Source: Ruditapes philippinarum
Lineage: Eukaryota
Direction: 5' to 3'
Length of the DNA: 64,000 nucleotides
Assembly (NCBI RefSeq): GCF_026571515.1
Contig: NW_026860638.1
Location: 62,001 to 126,000, forward strand
Shown: positions 1-13,472 of the stretch, piece by piece
How the letters are laid out: every line of letters starts with the position of its first letter
Position numbering within the stretch: the first letter of the stretch is position 1
Position numbers and translations under genes: made by a program
Notes under the pieces: generated by a model
The model's database searches: none
What the model was told of the DNA's origin: nothing
What the model saw: only the letters and a program-made list of their open reading frames with translations

Positions 1-369
1 AACTAATGAAAGAACGTTCGACTTTTGGTGTGAATGAGTCTCAGGTCAATATTGCCAAACAATACACTATGCAATAACCATCTCTCTCAAACCATAACAA
101 AAAAATGAAAAACACAATAAACATTTAACAGACACTACCGGTATCACAGCAGTTTCTGTTAAAACCAAATGAGATTATTTCAGAATATCTGGAAAAAAAA
201 GAACCGAACAAAAGAACATCCGACAGTGGGGGTCCTGCCTTATTTTTGTGAATAAAAAAAATTATACCATTGTCACACGTTTTATTTCTTATGATCACTA
301 GCATTATTTACTATTATCAAACGCATTATTTACTATATTATCACACGCATTATTTACTATTGATACCTA

Positions 370-850
370 TGTTACTATTTATAGTAACAAAATCTAGGGT
401 ATTTCAAGGCAATTATGGCAAGATCTAGGTCAAAATGCAATTTTGGCCGCCTTGCTACTCGGCATTATTTTTGCAAAATGACGTCATCAACTCTCAGTGA
501 CTTTCAAGATGGCTGCTGACGTTGAATGAATTGTAGTCACTTGCACACAAAATCATATAGATCTAATTAATTGCAATTAACAAAGCATAACAGTGAAGAT
601 TTATAAACTCAAGACCTCAGGCCATTATGCAAATCATCGGGCCATTATCGCATAATGGCGAACAGCATCCAAGTATTAATATCTAATTATCACACGCATT
701 ATTTACTATCGTCACGCACTATACGCATCACAGGGATTATTCAAGTATTAACAATAGTCACGTACAGTATTATCGTCGGATACGCACGGTTGATTAACAT
801 GCAACACAACATCTTATGTAAATGGTTCGGCCGTGGGTATCCGACGTGGC
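370..850. repeat. Dispersed repeat (unclassified non-autonomous element), copy 1
   Basis: Colinear similarity to 61330-61930 (tatagtaacaaaatc...attatggcaagatctaggtca...tttcaagatggctgctgacgttgaatga...ggccattatcgcataatggcg). Confidence 0.7.
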
Positions 851-1549
851 AAAATATATACTTTTGCCACGCTCCTAAAATTTCCATTTTACATGTATAT
901 CAGTTTTATGTGAATTACTATTTTAACAACCATTGGGACTTTATAAAAAGAGGAAACAATACCGAAAATGAGTTTATTTTAATCATCCGAATATAGTTGG
1001 TCACGTTGTCGTGCTTTTTGGTGGTTTTATTTATTTATTTATATATTTTTTTTTGCTCTTTGTTTTTGTTTGTTTTTACTGATGTTTTTGTTGTTGTTTT
1101 TTTTGTTTGTTTTTTTTCTTGTTGATTTTTCGTCTCCTTGATTTCTGACCAAAATGTTATTCATCTTCATTTGCGGATAACATATGATTTTTAAGAACAA
1201 TTGCCCATATGGTTATAGGAGCGCCGTGGTTAGAAATAGGAAATGAGTTTCATCCTATCTTTAGATTATAAATTTCCATTACTTCACAATCATTCAAATA
1301 AAACACCAGACGAATCCAGAGGCAATGTTGTGGTAAATGTTTGCCCACCAGATTCTATTTTAAGGTAATGGGAAAGCGAAAATAATTTACCACGTTGAAA
1401 AAAACTAAGATTAAATATGTACCCAGGAGCGAGTTTATTTTTAAAAAATGAATGATTAAGTTTTATTATTTTTTGTGATTTTTTTTTTCTCCCTTAGTTC
1501 TGTCTGTTTGGTTTTTTTTGTGAATTTATTTTCTGTTTGTACGCCGATT

Positions 1550-1815
1550 TAATAAATTTTATGCCATATCTCGGATCCAACTAACAGGCCTTCCTGGACA
1601 ACTATCAAGGCGGTAGTATACACAAATTGCCCCTAAAAGTGACCGAGTCTTAGTTCCACGTAAACTCTGAACATCGGTTAGAGACAAATGACCATAAGAA
1701 CTTATTTCCTAGATCAATGTAATATGTATGTCATGGAGTAATTTCGCCTCTCCGGAGGATCGCACTAGCAACCCTGAGTCCGATGCTCTCCATAATTAAC
1801 AAAGCCGACGAGCTC
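1550..1815 (-). mobile_element. Degenerate tRNA-derived SINE
   Basis: The reverse complement (tggagagcatcggac...cctccggagaggcgaaatt) resembles the SINE head at ~40100-40180. Confidence 0.4.
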
Positions 1816-1897
1816 TCACTAGATAACAAAGCCCACAACGTGAGCTATTGTAACAGCTCACCGTCCGATGCCCGTATGCATAACGACATGATTTTAA

Positions 1898-2237
1898 AGG
1901 AACTCCACTGAGGTTTATAAGCCTAAAACATAAAATTTGAATTTCTTACATAAATGATCTGGGGCACTTCAAACAGAAACCTATGCAAAGACAGTTAAGA
2001 AATATACTTTGAAATAAATTGAAAATCGTAAGTTTATGCTTTTCTTAGCCGATTTGTGTGAAAAGCGTTTAAATGCTTTTCATTTTGGGTCTTTCTTTTT
2101 ACAATTTGAATAATTATTCTGGAAAAACGAATTGCGCAAATGATCTGAAATTTTGCATAAACCTACATCAAATGGCACATTTATCTGGAAAAAATACTTT
2201 CAGCCCCATCATGTCAAAACACCTCAGTGGAGTCCCT
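1898..2237. mobile_element. Kolobok-like MITE
   Basis: TTAA on both sides (1894-1897, 2238-2241); TIR AGGAACTCCACTGAGG...CCTCAGTGGAGTCCCT; near-identical family member at 40264-40623. TTAA TSD with RR...YY termini is the Kolobok signature. Confidence 0.8.
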
Positions 2238-2261
2238 TTAATAAAATATAACCTAGAAATG

Positions 2262-2506
2262 TACAAGAAATACATTGAAAACCATATGTTTGTGTTATTC
2301 TCAGTCCGATTTGAGTGAAAAGCGTTTAAACGCTTTTCAATTTTGGGTCATTTTTCACTTTTATAATAATTCTTCTGGAAAAACGGAACAAGCTAATGAT
2401 CTGAAAATCTGCACATAAGTTATTAGCATAGACCTACATCAAATGGAGTAATAATCTCAAAAAAATATTTCCAGTCCCGTCATGTCAAAAAACCTCAGTG
2501 AAGTCT
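2262..2506. mobile_element. 5'-truncated second copy of the Kolobok-like MITE
   Basis: Repeats the 3' two-thirds of 1898-2237, ending aaaacctcagtgaagtc. Confidence 0.7.
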
Positions 2507-3259
2507 CATCGTGCAACGGTCGGATAAATTTCATCCAGATTTTGATATTATTGTAAAGAAATAATCCCGGGGTGACCATTTATCAAGATGACTCATAATT
2601 TTGTTTCGTCGGAATGATTTGTCGGGGATGTCTTTTATTTTTTCCAAAAATGTATGAAAAGAATTATTTAAGAATTGTTTTTTAATGTTTGTCCGGTTAT
2701 TGTATGTGAAATGGTCCTTTTCTTTTCGGGGGAGAGAATGGGGGTGTAGGTGGAGAGGGTAGCGGAGCCCCAGAGTTCTTACTACTTCATACACAATATC
2801 GGACAACGAGCTCGACACTTTCAATTTATCATTTTAATAAGATGTGTGAACCAAAATGTTAGAATATTACACTGAAAACGAGCATGACACCAATTTGGTA
2901 ACAAGTTCAAAAGTTTACGTGGATTTACAAGGGTAAATTACCTTGACTGAAGTTTGAATGAAAATTGGCAACCAATGCTATGACAATGAAAATATGCTCA
3001 GGGCATCTCGTTTAAGCGTTTAATGTAAAATGTCAGTACATGAGACAAATTTACCCTTGAAGGTGTGAAGAAATTAGTCATAAAGCTATATCCTAAACTC
3101 TTCAAACTTATGAGAGGCCTTCATCATACGGCCTGATGTAATTTCTAGGCTTAATCATACCACACCATCCCATATATTCACATATATTCAAATTTGATTT
3201 TTCATCATTAAGAACTTGTTCAAAATTTTATTGTTTTTTTTTCTATATGAACTGCTAGG

Positions 3260-3493
3260 AGTCGATGTGATTAAAGCCCTATTAGAAAGTCGTCGCGTGA
3301 ACATCTCAATGTCGATGTGATTAAAACCCTTATACAAGGGCCCCGTAAGAACCTCTCAATGTTGATGCAATTTAAACACTTATAGAAAGGCGTCTCGTGA
3401 ACCTCTTAATGTCGCTGCGATTAAAACCCTAAAAGAAAGGCGCCGCGTGAACCTCTCAATGTCGATGCAATTAAAGCACTAATAGAAAGGCGC
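3260..3493. repeat. 50-bp tandem repeat, left part (split by a transposon)
   Basis: Unit aacctctcaatgtcgatgtgattaaaacccttatagaaaggcgccgcgtg, about 5 copies; continues at 5879. Confidence 0.9.
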
Positions 3494-5878
3494 TGTAACA
3501 CCGCACTTTGGGGTCAAACGCACTTTGGGGTCCGACCCCAAAGTGCGTTACACTTCGCACCGCACTTTGGGGTCCAACGCACTTTGGGGTCAAAATCGAG
3601 AAATTGACCCCAAAGTGCGTAATTATGCTACATATTAACGCACTTTGGGTTCAAAAGTTCTGAAGGTGTCAATTGAGTTCTACTCAAATACTGAGTTCTG
3701 ACTTATTTTCGATCTGCGACATTGAAATATTTGAGGTGGAGTTCAAGATGGCGGTTTGATGCTTAAGTGATAAAAGTTTCATTAATTTTATCACTTGAAA
3801 TATCTAAAATTGTGTCAATATAACAAAGTACTCTAGTACATAAATTGTTAATGTATCCTAAAATTAAAAGATGCTGCAAAAATATCATGTTCTGTCAGTC
3901 ATTTGGGAAATCTTACATACTTTTTAAGAAATAGGAAGAATGAATTTTTAATGTTTTAATAATAGTATCAGAGAAATTTAATTTAAAGATACTTGTTACC
4001 TGAATAAAGTAGCGATAAATGTGAAAAGAATTGTCATAAAAGTAACAAAATGTAAACAATGTAGTATTTAACTTCCATATAAAATACTAATTCCTTATAA
4101 CTGTACTCACTGCCAAAAAGCAGCAGATGAAAAAGATAAGGTTCAGATAATTGGCGAATTAGTAACTTTTAGTGATACTTTTGAAGTACACCAACATTTT
4201 AAAAAAGCTGAAGAAATACAAATAAAAGCACAATGGGCCTTTAAAACTTTATTTTTATAATATCGGGGGGATCGGGACCCCACCATCCCGTCTGGACCCC
4301 CCCCCCCCCCCCCCCCAGTGAGAACTTTACATTATTGTATTTTCTGATCACAGATCAGGAAATACAATGCTGACATTCAATTTCTGGCACAGCGCTTCAC
4401 GACAAACCTAACAACAAGTAGTTCTCAAAACAGCTTAAAATTAGCGATGTAAATTACAACGCATTCAAAGTTTAAAAGAAGTGTTGGCTTATAGAATTGT
4501 CAATAAATGCACAATCACAAATTACGCGGATGAATATCATTTTAATCAATGAAAATGTTTTTTAAGCGATGTCGATTACCGAATACTTCAGATAAATCTG
4601 ACTGTCGAGTATATATACATGTATACATATATACATGTCAGACTGTTTTGGCGAGAATACTTTTGCTAAATTATTTACATCAGTGTTAAACAACAGGTTT
4701 ATCGTGAACAAAAGACCTCGAAATTAATAAGGATTAGAAACCCTAAAATTCTATAGAATTATTTGAGTTTATTCAGTTTTCTTCGTATAACTTCCCCGTG
4801 GTGCAGGGGTTAACGTGCTCGTTCAAAGTGCGAGAGGTCTGGGGTTCAAATCCCAGTCGAGACAACTATTTTAAGTGTCTTTTTTAAGCCACGATATGCA
4901 AGGATAAAGTGCGAGTGTCAAAAAAAATAACATAACTTATTTTGATGCAACTCTGGTCATGCAAAATTCCGTATGTATCAAACTCAAACTGTTATAGTAA
5001 AAAGTAAAAAATCTAAACGTAGTCGCTGCATCTCGGTGCCCTGCAAGATGAATTATAGTATGCAAAAATAAACTTATACAGGAAAATACATACAGATATA
5101 CAGTACGATTTAGTTGCAAAGATCAGGAAATACCACAGAGCTTGCAGCCCTTGATTATGAATGTGTGACTACTAAAATAGTTTATGATATTTTTGTTTTA
5201 AAACTGCATGTTCGGACTACTACTTAAGGCCGGATCTACACATAGTCAAGTTTCTTAAATGTCAAATTTAGATAAGCTAAATAAATGGCCATTTCAACAT
5301 ATAATCAGGCACAATTTTTACTGAAAGGCCTTATTAAGATTTCCCAGAATATATACCTTTGTCTATGCTTAGACTCTTATATTTCTATAAAATGTATTAA
5401 TAAAAATAAACGGGAAAATGATGCAATTAGCTAAAAAAAATAGAATTAATGAAAGGTGTACATTCTTTTGAAATAATTGGAAAATGTGAGATAAAATATA
5501 TTTTGAGCTTATTAATTGATGCAAATTCTTTATTTGATGAAAGTTGTTCACTCATTTATAATCCCTAATGATTCTATTATAATTCAGGACACACCTTTTG
5601 CTTCTATTCAATACCTTGATTTTTGTTTACCATTGGCTTTGACTGCAATATATTATTTGAAACATCATGAGAATTCATTTTATTGATTAAATTTTTATGA
5701 CCCCAAAGTGCGGTCGCTTGTCTGATGTTCAAAAATGCATATGTACCCGTTTAACGCACTTTGGGGTCAAAATTGGACCCCAAAGTGCGTAACGCACTCT
5801 GGGGTCGGACCCCAAAGTACGTAACGCACTTTGGGGTCGAACCCCAAAGTGCGTTTGACCCCAAAGTGTGGTGTTACA
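3494..5878. mobile_element. Non-autonomous DNA transposon with TGT...ACA termini and 6-bp TSD
   Basis: TIR tgtaacaccgcactttggggtcaaacgcactttggggt / accccaaagtgcgtttgaccccaaagtgtggtgttaca; TSD aggcgc at 3488-3493 and 5879-5884; about 7-8 copies of cgcactttggggtc in both orientations at each end; no transposase ORF. Confidence 0.9.
4791..4864 (+). pseudogene. tRNA-like sequence (pseudo-tRNA / SINE head) inside the transposon
   Basis: A-box-like tggtgcaggggttaa, anticodon-type stem ctcgt/gcgag, T-arm ctggg-gttcaaat-cccag, downstream TTTT. The acceptor stem pairs poorly and the loop lacks U33. Confidence 0.6.
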
Positions 5879-6292
5879 AGGCGCCACGTGACCCCCTCAA
5901 TGTCGATGTGATTAAAACCCTTATAGAAAGGCGCCACGTAAACTTCTCAATGTCGATGCAATTAAAACCCTAATAGAAAGGCATCGCGTGAACCCCTCAG
6001 TGTCGATATGATTAAAACCTTAATACAAATCGCCGGGAAAACCTCTCAATAACGATGTGATTAAAAATCTGATAGATAGGCGCCGCGTGAACCTCTCACT
6101 GTGGATGTAATCAAAACCTTAATAGAAAGTCGCCGCGAAAACCTCTCAATGTCGATGTGATTAAATCCCAAATAGAAAGTTGCCGCGTGAACCTTTAAAT
6201 GTCGATGCAATTAAAACCCTAATAGATAGGCATAGCGTGATCCTCTCAGCGTCGATGTGATTAAATCGCCAATAGAAAATAGCCGCGCGAAC
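5879..6292. repeat. 50-bp tandem repeat, right part
   Basis: About 8 more copies of the same unit as 3260-3493. Confidence 0.9.
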
Positions 6293-6842
6293 CGGTCGCC
6301 CTACTGGTTTTTTAAGTGTCAATTTGACTTCAAGCTACATGACTGCAGGTGAGCTAAAACATTTCAAGAAAATTAAACTGGAGAAAATGTGCTTAGATCT
6401 AAAAAAAAATTAAAATTAAATCATAGTTTACATTTCATGTGTGATTAAGAACAGAATTTGCATTATTTATTACTATATTCCTACTGCGTTACTAACGCAG
6501 TAAGTGCTATTTTTTGCGTTGTTTGACCACATTTTGATAATTTACACGTATTACAATGCATGAAATTTATTAATTGTTTTCATTGTTCAGGTTACAATAT
6601 GTTACTTTTAAATACATTTATTATCAAAAATATCATGGAAATTAGCATCAATCTCGAGGCGTGAATAGCAGATTGCGCTGCACTGTCTTTAAGTAATTGT
6701 GGAATAATTAGTACCTTGTGTTAGCTTCAACAGGCTCCTTGTTTGACTATGTGTCTATCGATAAAACTTTGATTTCACATGAATCGTGCAGATTTGTGTT
6801 TCAAAAAAGAAAATGAAAAGTTAACTCTGAAAAATAAATGTT

Positions 6843-6845
6843 AAT

Positions 6846-6886
<41 letters not shown>

Positions 6887-7027
6887 TGATGATGATAATA
6901 ATAATAATAATAATAATAATAATAGTAATTATAGTTATAATAGTAATTATAGTTATAATAATAATAATTAGAATAATAATAATAATAATAATAATTATAA
7001 TTATTCGATTAATAATAAATAAATAAT
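6843..7027. repeat. (ATA)n microsatellite
   Basis: ataataata... with tga/tag variants; explains the poly-Ile ORF. Confidence 0.95.
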
Positions 7028-7313
7028 CAAAAAAACGCTAAAATGTGCCGTGATTTAGCGCAAAAAACACTTTGGAAGAAACAAAAGTTATCATTAAAAC
7101 TTAAGGACATCTTCAGAGTTATCACAAGAACTCACCTTTTAAAGATGAAAATTACCATTTTTGGCGTGTGTTTTTGTAGTATATACAAATGTTTTCCAAC
7201 GAACTCCGTGACAGTTATTACAAGAACTCCTGACAAGTTGTCATAAGAACACCATCCCTCGTGTAACAGTCTCCCCGTGTTAATGTCAGGATAACTTGAC
7301 TTATGCCGTGTTG

Positions 7314-8002
7314 TACGGAAACGTTAAAGGGCCTCCAATAAGTGTGATCATGATGTGCAAGTCAACTGATTTTAATTCGATTAATTTAGACGTTTTAACA
7401 CAAATCAATTTATTCACAAATATTTTAAACAAACGTTTATTTCACCGAACCGTTCCTTGATATGCTTTTTGACAAAAATTCACCTAGACAAAAAAAACTT
7501 CAAGAAATTTTGAGAAAAGTGACTAAGAATAAAAAAATGGTCTAGTCTTTGTGAAAAATATAAATAGAGGATATTGAATGAGTGTAAGTTCAATACTGAA
7601 TTTATTGCACGAGTTGAATAAAATTATATTATGCGAGCCTCTGGCGAGCATAATATAATTTTATTCAACGAGTGCAATAAATTCAGTAATGAACTTACAC
7701 GAATTTAATATTCTATTTATCACATACCCAAAATATAGACCGTTTAAAGTGAAATAAGAGTCATTTTTCCTTGACGCGCCTATAGTATAACGCTAACATG
7801 TAGCGCGTCTTTACACTATGTTTGTATAACGTTAATGACGTCACGTCAAAATATATGCACGGCCGTGCAATACCATTTTTACGGAGTCGCAAAATCGGCA
7901 CGGGTGTGTGATAAATTTATTTATGTTAAAACATCTAATCAAACCGAACCAAATCGTCTGATCTCTGATCGCAGTAAATGGAGGCCCTTTAACGTTTCCG
8001 TA
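7314..8002. mobile_element. IS3EU-like non-autonomous DNA transposon
   Basis: Perfect 24-bp TIR tacggaaacgttaaagggcctcca, imperfect for ~110 bp; TAYGG...CCRTA termini; 6-bp flanks gtgttg/gtgctg (one mismatch). Confidence 0.7.
7560..7720. repeat. ~160-bp palindrome (long hairpin) nested in the IS3EU-like element
   Basis: Arms ataaatagaggatatt...gagttgaataaaattatattatgc / gcataatataattttattcaacgagtg...aatattctatttat around gagcctctggcga. Confidence 0.85.
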
Positions 8003-10424
8003 GTGCTGACACAAAATCGTTATATAAATGACCTTTCTAGAACATGTCTTGTTGTGCATTAATCATTATTAATCTGTACATAATAAAAGATAAATATTAA
8101 TAAGCCAAATGTTGCATTATTGCAGACTTATATAATTTCGGGATTCTTACATATACGAGTTTGAAAAGCATGCAATTCATGTCATGCATGTAATGGGATT
8201 CTTGCCTTAGGTTATTGTACCAATTTCAAGAATACGAAACCGGCCACTGATGTGCTGAAGAAAGAGACCCCCCCCCCCCCCTGTTGGTGGCCGTCCGATC
8301 CTAATGTGTAGCGTTATTAACATTAGAAGCTGATTTTATTTAGGTTGTCCATAAAGGCCCCTTAATTGTCGTACTAAGGGTTGCTAAAATAATAGAGCAA
8401 CTTAACTTTCCTGCTTTTGGTGTCGCCTAGTGAATGTTCGTATTCTTTGTTCTATAGTAAATCAGTCACATTCGATCCACTGTTCTTGATGAATTATATA
8501 CTGTCTTCAACTTTAAACATCAACACTATCTAAGTTAAATGAGGCCCAAAATATAATGTGTTAGCCATCTATATTTTTCAGAAATCTTCATTCTGTTGTA
8601 ACACTGTTTAAATTCGCCACTTTGAAAACTCCGGACTGCTGGTGGGTAGTACATTTTTAATCCTTCCGCCAACAAATGAGTTCCTGGAGAATACACAAAA
8701 ACAACTTTTAAAGTCATCCTATAACATACAAAAATACACACATGCAATAAATACACTTTAATTATGACCAATCAAACTAGAGAGAACTTAAACTGGGCCA
8801 CTTCAAAAATTAAAAGAACACTTTCCGTACCGGGGTGAGACCTTTTGAACATCTTATAATAGCGTTCTTTGAAAGTGTGTACTTGAAAACTTAAGTGAAT
8901 TCACAGAATATGTGAGTACGAACACCACTTTTGTTTTTTAACTCTACGCTTTTATCTTTATTATATAATCTTTGGAAAATCAACACAACTTTAAAGGGTG
9001 CTTTTTAAAATCTTTTCATTTTTGTTTTCTTTTTAAAATGATGGGGGGGAAAAGTGCACAGGGAAAGCACAGAGCTTTTTTTAATTTTAATTTTCCCCGC
9101 GCGTTCGCACATCAAGCTAACGACGCAGACACCTTTTGTGACAGGTATTCAAGTTAAAGTATGATTAAATACGTAATTAGTGAAGAGACGTGTAAAACTG
9201 GTTGAAATAGCTCTCGACGTTTTTGACCAAGTCCTCCCGACAGTCGCGTGATATTGTCTACTTGTGAAAGCTGAACTGTTCTTCAGTTGTTGCTGCAGTG
9301 GTGCGCGTGCGTGGGACTCTTTCATCTGGAATTAGTGAGCAAGCACTTAGCCGGATGTAAAGCAGTTTGAACGTTGTATATATATCTATATTTTGGAAAT
9401 ATCATCATTTGTGCTTTACTTTGCGTTACGATACGTTTCTTTACGAAAATAAAAAATCACCAAATTAAATAGTATTAAATTAATATACAAAAATATAAGC
9501 AAATATTTGCTTATACATATTTCAGATTTGTATAAATATTTCATTGCGGAAAAAATATTTATTGCTAGATTACCTTCGTAAATCAGGTTGTTTTGGGCAT
9601 CTTCGGCTGTGAATGAGGATTTTCACCGTACTTTTAGGTAAAAACACTTATTTATGGAGCAAGGACTGCGTATATCATATAGAATATGACTTCAAACAAA
9701 CCTTAGCAGGTGAACATTCGCGTTTATTTCTGAAGACAATGACCTTTTTCAAGACCGGAAGTGACGTAAGCGTTTCCATGTCAATATTATCACGGACTAG
9801 TTTAAGATTCTTGTCAGAAAGCTTAAGATTGTATAGGGATTAGTTGCAGATTAAATATATATTGTATATACGATTAGTACAGTGAATAATTAAGAGGAGA
9901 AGTAATCCTTGTTTTGTGACATATTAAAGATGAAAGCATCTGCCACCTCGGTCGATATCAAACAAACATTGCAACAAACTGATATCTGTACCAGCAATTT
10001 ACCATCTTGCCGCTGCGGCAGCACGAAATTCACGTGTAACAGAACAACGAAAGACACTACAACGTGTGACAGCACGACAGTGTATTACTCTGTGAGGTGT
10101 TACAAAGCACGGACGATGTGCAAACATACAAATAGTGCATGTTGTATAATATTATATTTGTTATTTACGTGTTTTAGCCGAGGATTTACTGCCTCGATCA
10201 GAAATCCAGAAGGTTCGTTTATTTATTTATTTATTTATTTACTAGTATTTTGTTGATACATATTTTTTTCTATCTTTCTATAATATCAGCTTCGTTTAGA
10301 ATGTATTCCTTTTTATACTACTACCTATACATAAAACAATAATATAAAAGGGTCCTTTGGCTTATTGCAGTACATTAAATATAAGTTTATACAGACATTA
10401 TTCAAGCTCGATCCTGTAGAAACT

Positions 10425-10555
10425 ATTAGCTTATAAACACACTCTCGAATCCGTTCCTGAAAAAGACCAGTACGATTTGCCCCTAAATGGGGCTTGAACC
10501 AATGTGGATAGTGATCTTAAGATAACTAGACCGGTTCGTTGATTGCTCGTCAAAG
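10425..10555 (-). mobile_element. Internally deleted tRNA-SINE (same family as 22590)
   Basis: acactctcgaatccgttcctg...ccagtac...tgcccct...ttgaacc matches the reverse complement of the 22590 SINE. Confidence 0.55.
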
Positions 10556-13163
10556 CATCCAGTACACATTGCAATACTGCTCAGGTTTTGGCAGTATTAT
10601 ATATAGGCTTCTTCAGTTTGAAATCTGAAAAAAAATGCAGTGGACAAGTTCTTGTTAAGTGAAGGTGTCTGCCTTTTAACCATGGGATTTTGGGTTGAAA
10701 CACAACCGTGTTTCTTTCTACGGCACAAGTACTACACAAGTCCAGTCCGACAGACCCGATTCTTTTTGCGCAACTGGGCTATTTAAGTCGAATAAGATAT
10801 GTTTCAGTTTATACCGATTAACTAAACTCATATAATAGTTGAAATGATAAGCACCCACTATTTCTGTGCTTGTTAAAACATGCAGTTGCGCACTTAAAGA
10901 ACCAGTTAATTGTCTTTATTCACTTTTTGAATAACAAAAGGGTCACGAATAGCACTAATGACGTTAAGGTATTGATAAAGAAATGACGTCAACGTAACGA
11001 TGTATATAGGAATTACGTCAATGAAACGGCAAAGAAATGACGTCATTATAACGGCATAGGAAACATCAATATCGGTTGATTTTACGATCGGTCGGTTTTA
11101 TTGGTTCTGTTGCATTTATCATTTTACGCGACAATAAATTGTATCAGTGAAGTATAATTTTATTGTTATAAAACGATTGTGAAAATTCCCTATTAGGTTA
11201 GTGAATTTTCTATAAGTTTTACGATCGTTCGGAATCGCTTGATCTTTTAGTGAATTATTTTACGTGACGATAAATAAAGCGTATGTATAAGTAATACAGG
11301 GGGCGGATGGTAGAATAAATAAACAATTTTGGATTTAACATCAAATTGTGCAACTTTAAGTCAAAGGTGAAGAGTATGACGTCAGTACATAACAAGTGCA
11401 ATGTCATAGTTTGTTATTAATGACTCGGCACATTCTATAACACCGACAGCAGTACATATTATTTTATCAAATGTCAAAATATATATTTACCTGACAGCCC
11501 AGATATGTCTAACTTCTGTTGTTTGTACCCTGCAATACACGTTTCACACTTACCATATTCAATATCTTAAACGTTCTTTTTCCATCTTTAAATCGGATCA
11601 AAACCATTCATCACATTTAGTGAAAATAAAAGAAATATTCTGAATAGTGAATAGTGCAGACCATGATCAGATTGCAACAAGTATGCACTGGTCGTATATG
11701 TTGATGTTATTATGTTGCTATGATGAAAATCCTTTGTATAAAAGTCAATTTTAAAACCGATTCTTAAACGTTTCTTTATAAAGAAAAGCACTTATCTCAC
11801 ATGATCTAAGATGTTAGACATCGTAGAAGATATAGGAATACGTTGTATAGGTTAAAATACCAATGTGTATCAGGTTTACGCGACAAAATCTATTTTAAAT
11901 TTAGAGTCTAAGGAAGAACCATAGATAAATACGTTTATTTTGCACCTTATAAAATATAACCCATGTACTTGCTGTTCCAATAGAAATCAAAACTTGATCC
12001 AGTTTAGACTGCTTTCAAGAGTCTCAAAAAGTCGGTATTAAATCTATATCGCACCGTATGTAGCCTAATTTTCGTTTCCAGAGACCGAAAAGTTCAAATC
12101 AAACCCATAACGCACCCCACATAGCCTCGTTTTCGTTTCGAGAGTCCGGAATATCTTTATCAAATGCAAATCATGTCCCATCAAGCCTCGTTTTATCTCT
12201 CACTCTGTATGAGTCCAAAAATCGATATTAAAAGCTTTATTGCAATTCAATAGACAAAGTTCTTGGGCAAATGTCGAAAACTGGTGGTATGAAATAAAAG
12301 AAGTTCAAATTATACGTTGTTGAGTTTATTTAGACTTTCTTCCACAGGTTGTAAAACATTATACCCAGACTCGTTTAAAAAGTTTCTAGTCCAAATTTTA
12401 TTCTGACGCGTGTATTTCACCCAATATTTCAAGTTCCCAAGATTGTTATCAACATGAATATGACTCATAATTTTTAAAATTTAAGCTATAATATTTAAAT
12501 ATTGTTTACAAAGAATATCTTATCCTGTGGATACATTTGTTCTATGATCCCGCTTCTTTCGAAGCGTTTATTGATGGGGTTATTAATTATATGCCCATCT
12601 GTTAAAATAAAAAAGCTGTTACACGAACATGCGTTTAATTATAATCTAGAAAATTATATCTTACATTTCTCATTTGTATTTACATTTATTTCCGAGATGA
12701 ACATTTTGATCTAAATAAATGTGATTTTTAAGCACATGTTTAAACAGTAAACCTTTTTTGTGAAAAACTTTTGGACGGGAAAACCCAAATTTGCACGTTT
12801 TTAAAAGGCAATCTGTCTTTTAAAATTTTGGGTTTGTTTTTTCTGTCAAAAATCGTTTGATTTTTTTTGGGGGAAAAAATTTTAAAAAAATTTTAAAAAA
12901 AAATTAAAAATTTTTCTTAAATTAAAAAAATTTAATTTTTAAATTTTAATTTTTAAATTTAAGGTTTTAAAAAATTTTAAAAATAAATAAAAAAATAAAA
13001 AATTGTGTAGGGAATTTTTAAAACCTGTGTGGTAAAAAGACGTGCATTAAAAAATTTTGTTTTTGGTGAAATTTTCTATTTTTGACATTAAAACCCCCTT
13101 GAATATTGAATGGACTTTTTCCAGTTTAAAGCGGCGAACCCAAAAAACAACCCGTAGATTTTT

Positions 13164-13371
13164 GGTAGTAAGCAAGTCTACAAGATATAATAAGCACGCT
13201 TTAATATCAAATATCGTTATTGTTACTGTGTGTATGTTTACTGATGTTTGGGGAGTTTAATGAGTGTATACTTGGATGCAACACATATAATAAAATATAT
13301 AAACCATCCTTCGGGTCTTGTTTAGTTTGTGTGCTAGTAAAGCCATCCAAATAGAAAATATAAATGTTACT
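13164..13371 (+). repeat. 5' LTR (~208 bp)
   Basis: gtagtaagcaagtctacaag...aaatataaatgttac; matches 18144-18352 except for a few single-base indels and the two terminal bases. Confidence 0.93.
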
Positions 13372-13372
13372 T

Positions 13373-13385
13373 TGGCGACGAGGAT
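13373..13385 (+). promoter_or_regulatory. Primer binding site complementary to the tRNA-Ser(GCU) 3' end
   Basis: tggcgacgaggat is the reverse complement of ...ATCCTCGTCG-CCA; typical of Mag-clade elements. Confidence 0.85.
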
Positions 13386-13472
13386 CGGATACTAAAAAAA
13401 AAAAAAAAAAACAAACTGCGGATTAATTTAAACTGACTCTGTGAAAAAAAAAAAAGATTTTTGAAATTTGAA

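Noticed and set aside
4791-4864. Functional tRNA gene
   Set aside because: Poor acceptor stem and non-canonical anticodon loop; kept only as tRNA-like.
6838-7026. Poly-Ile ORF
   Set aside because: Translation of the (ATA)n microsatellite.
7990-8005. CACTA terminus (ccgtagtg)
   Set aside because: The left end lacks CACTA; TACGG termini with a 6-bp TSD explain both ends better.
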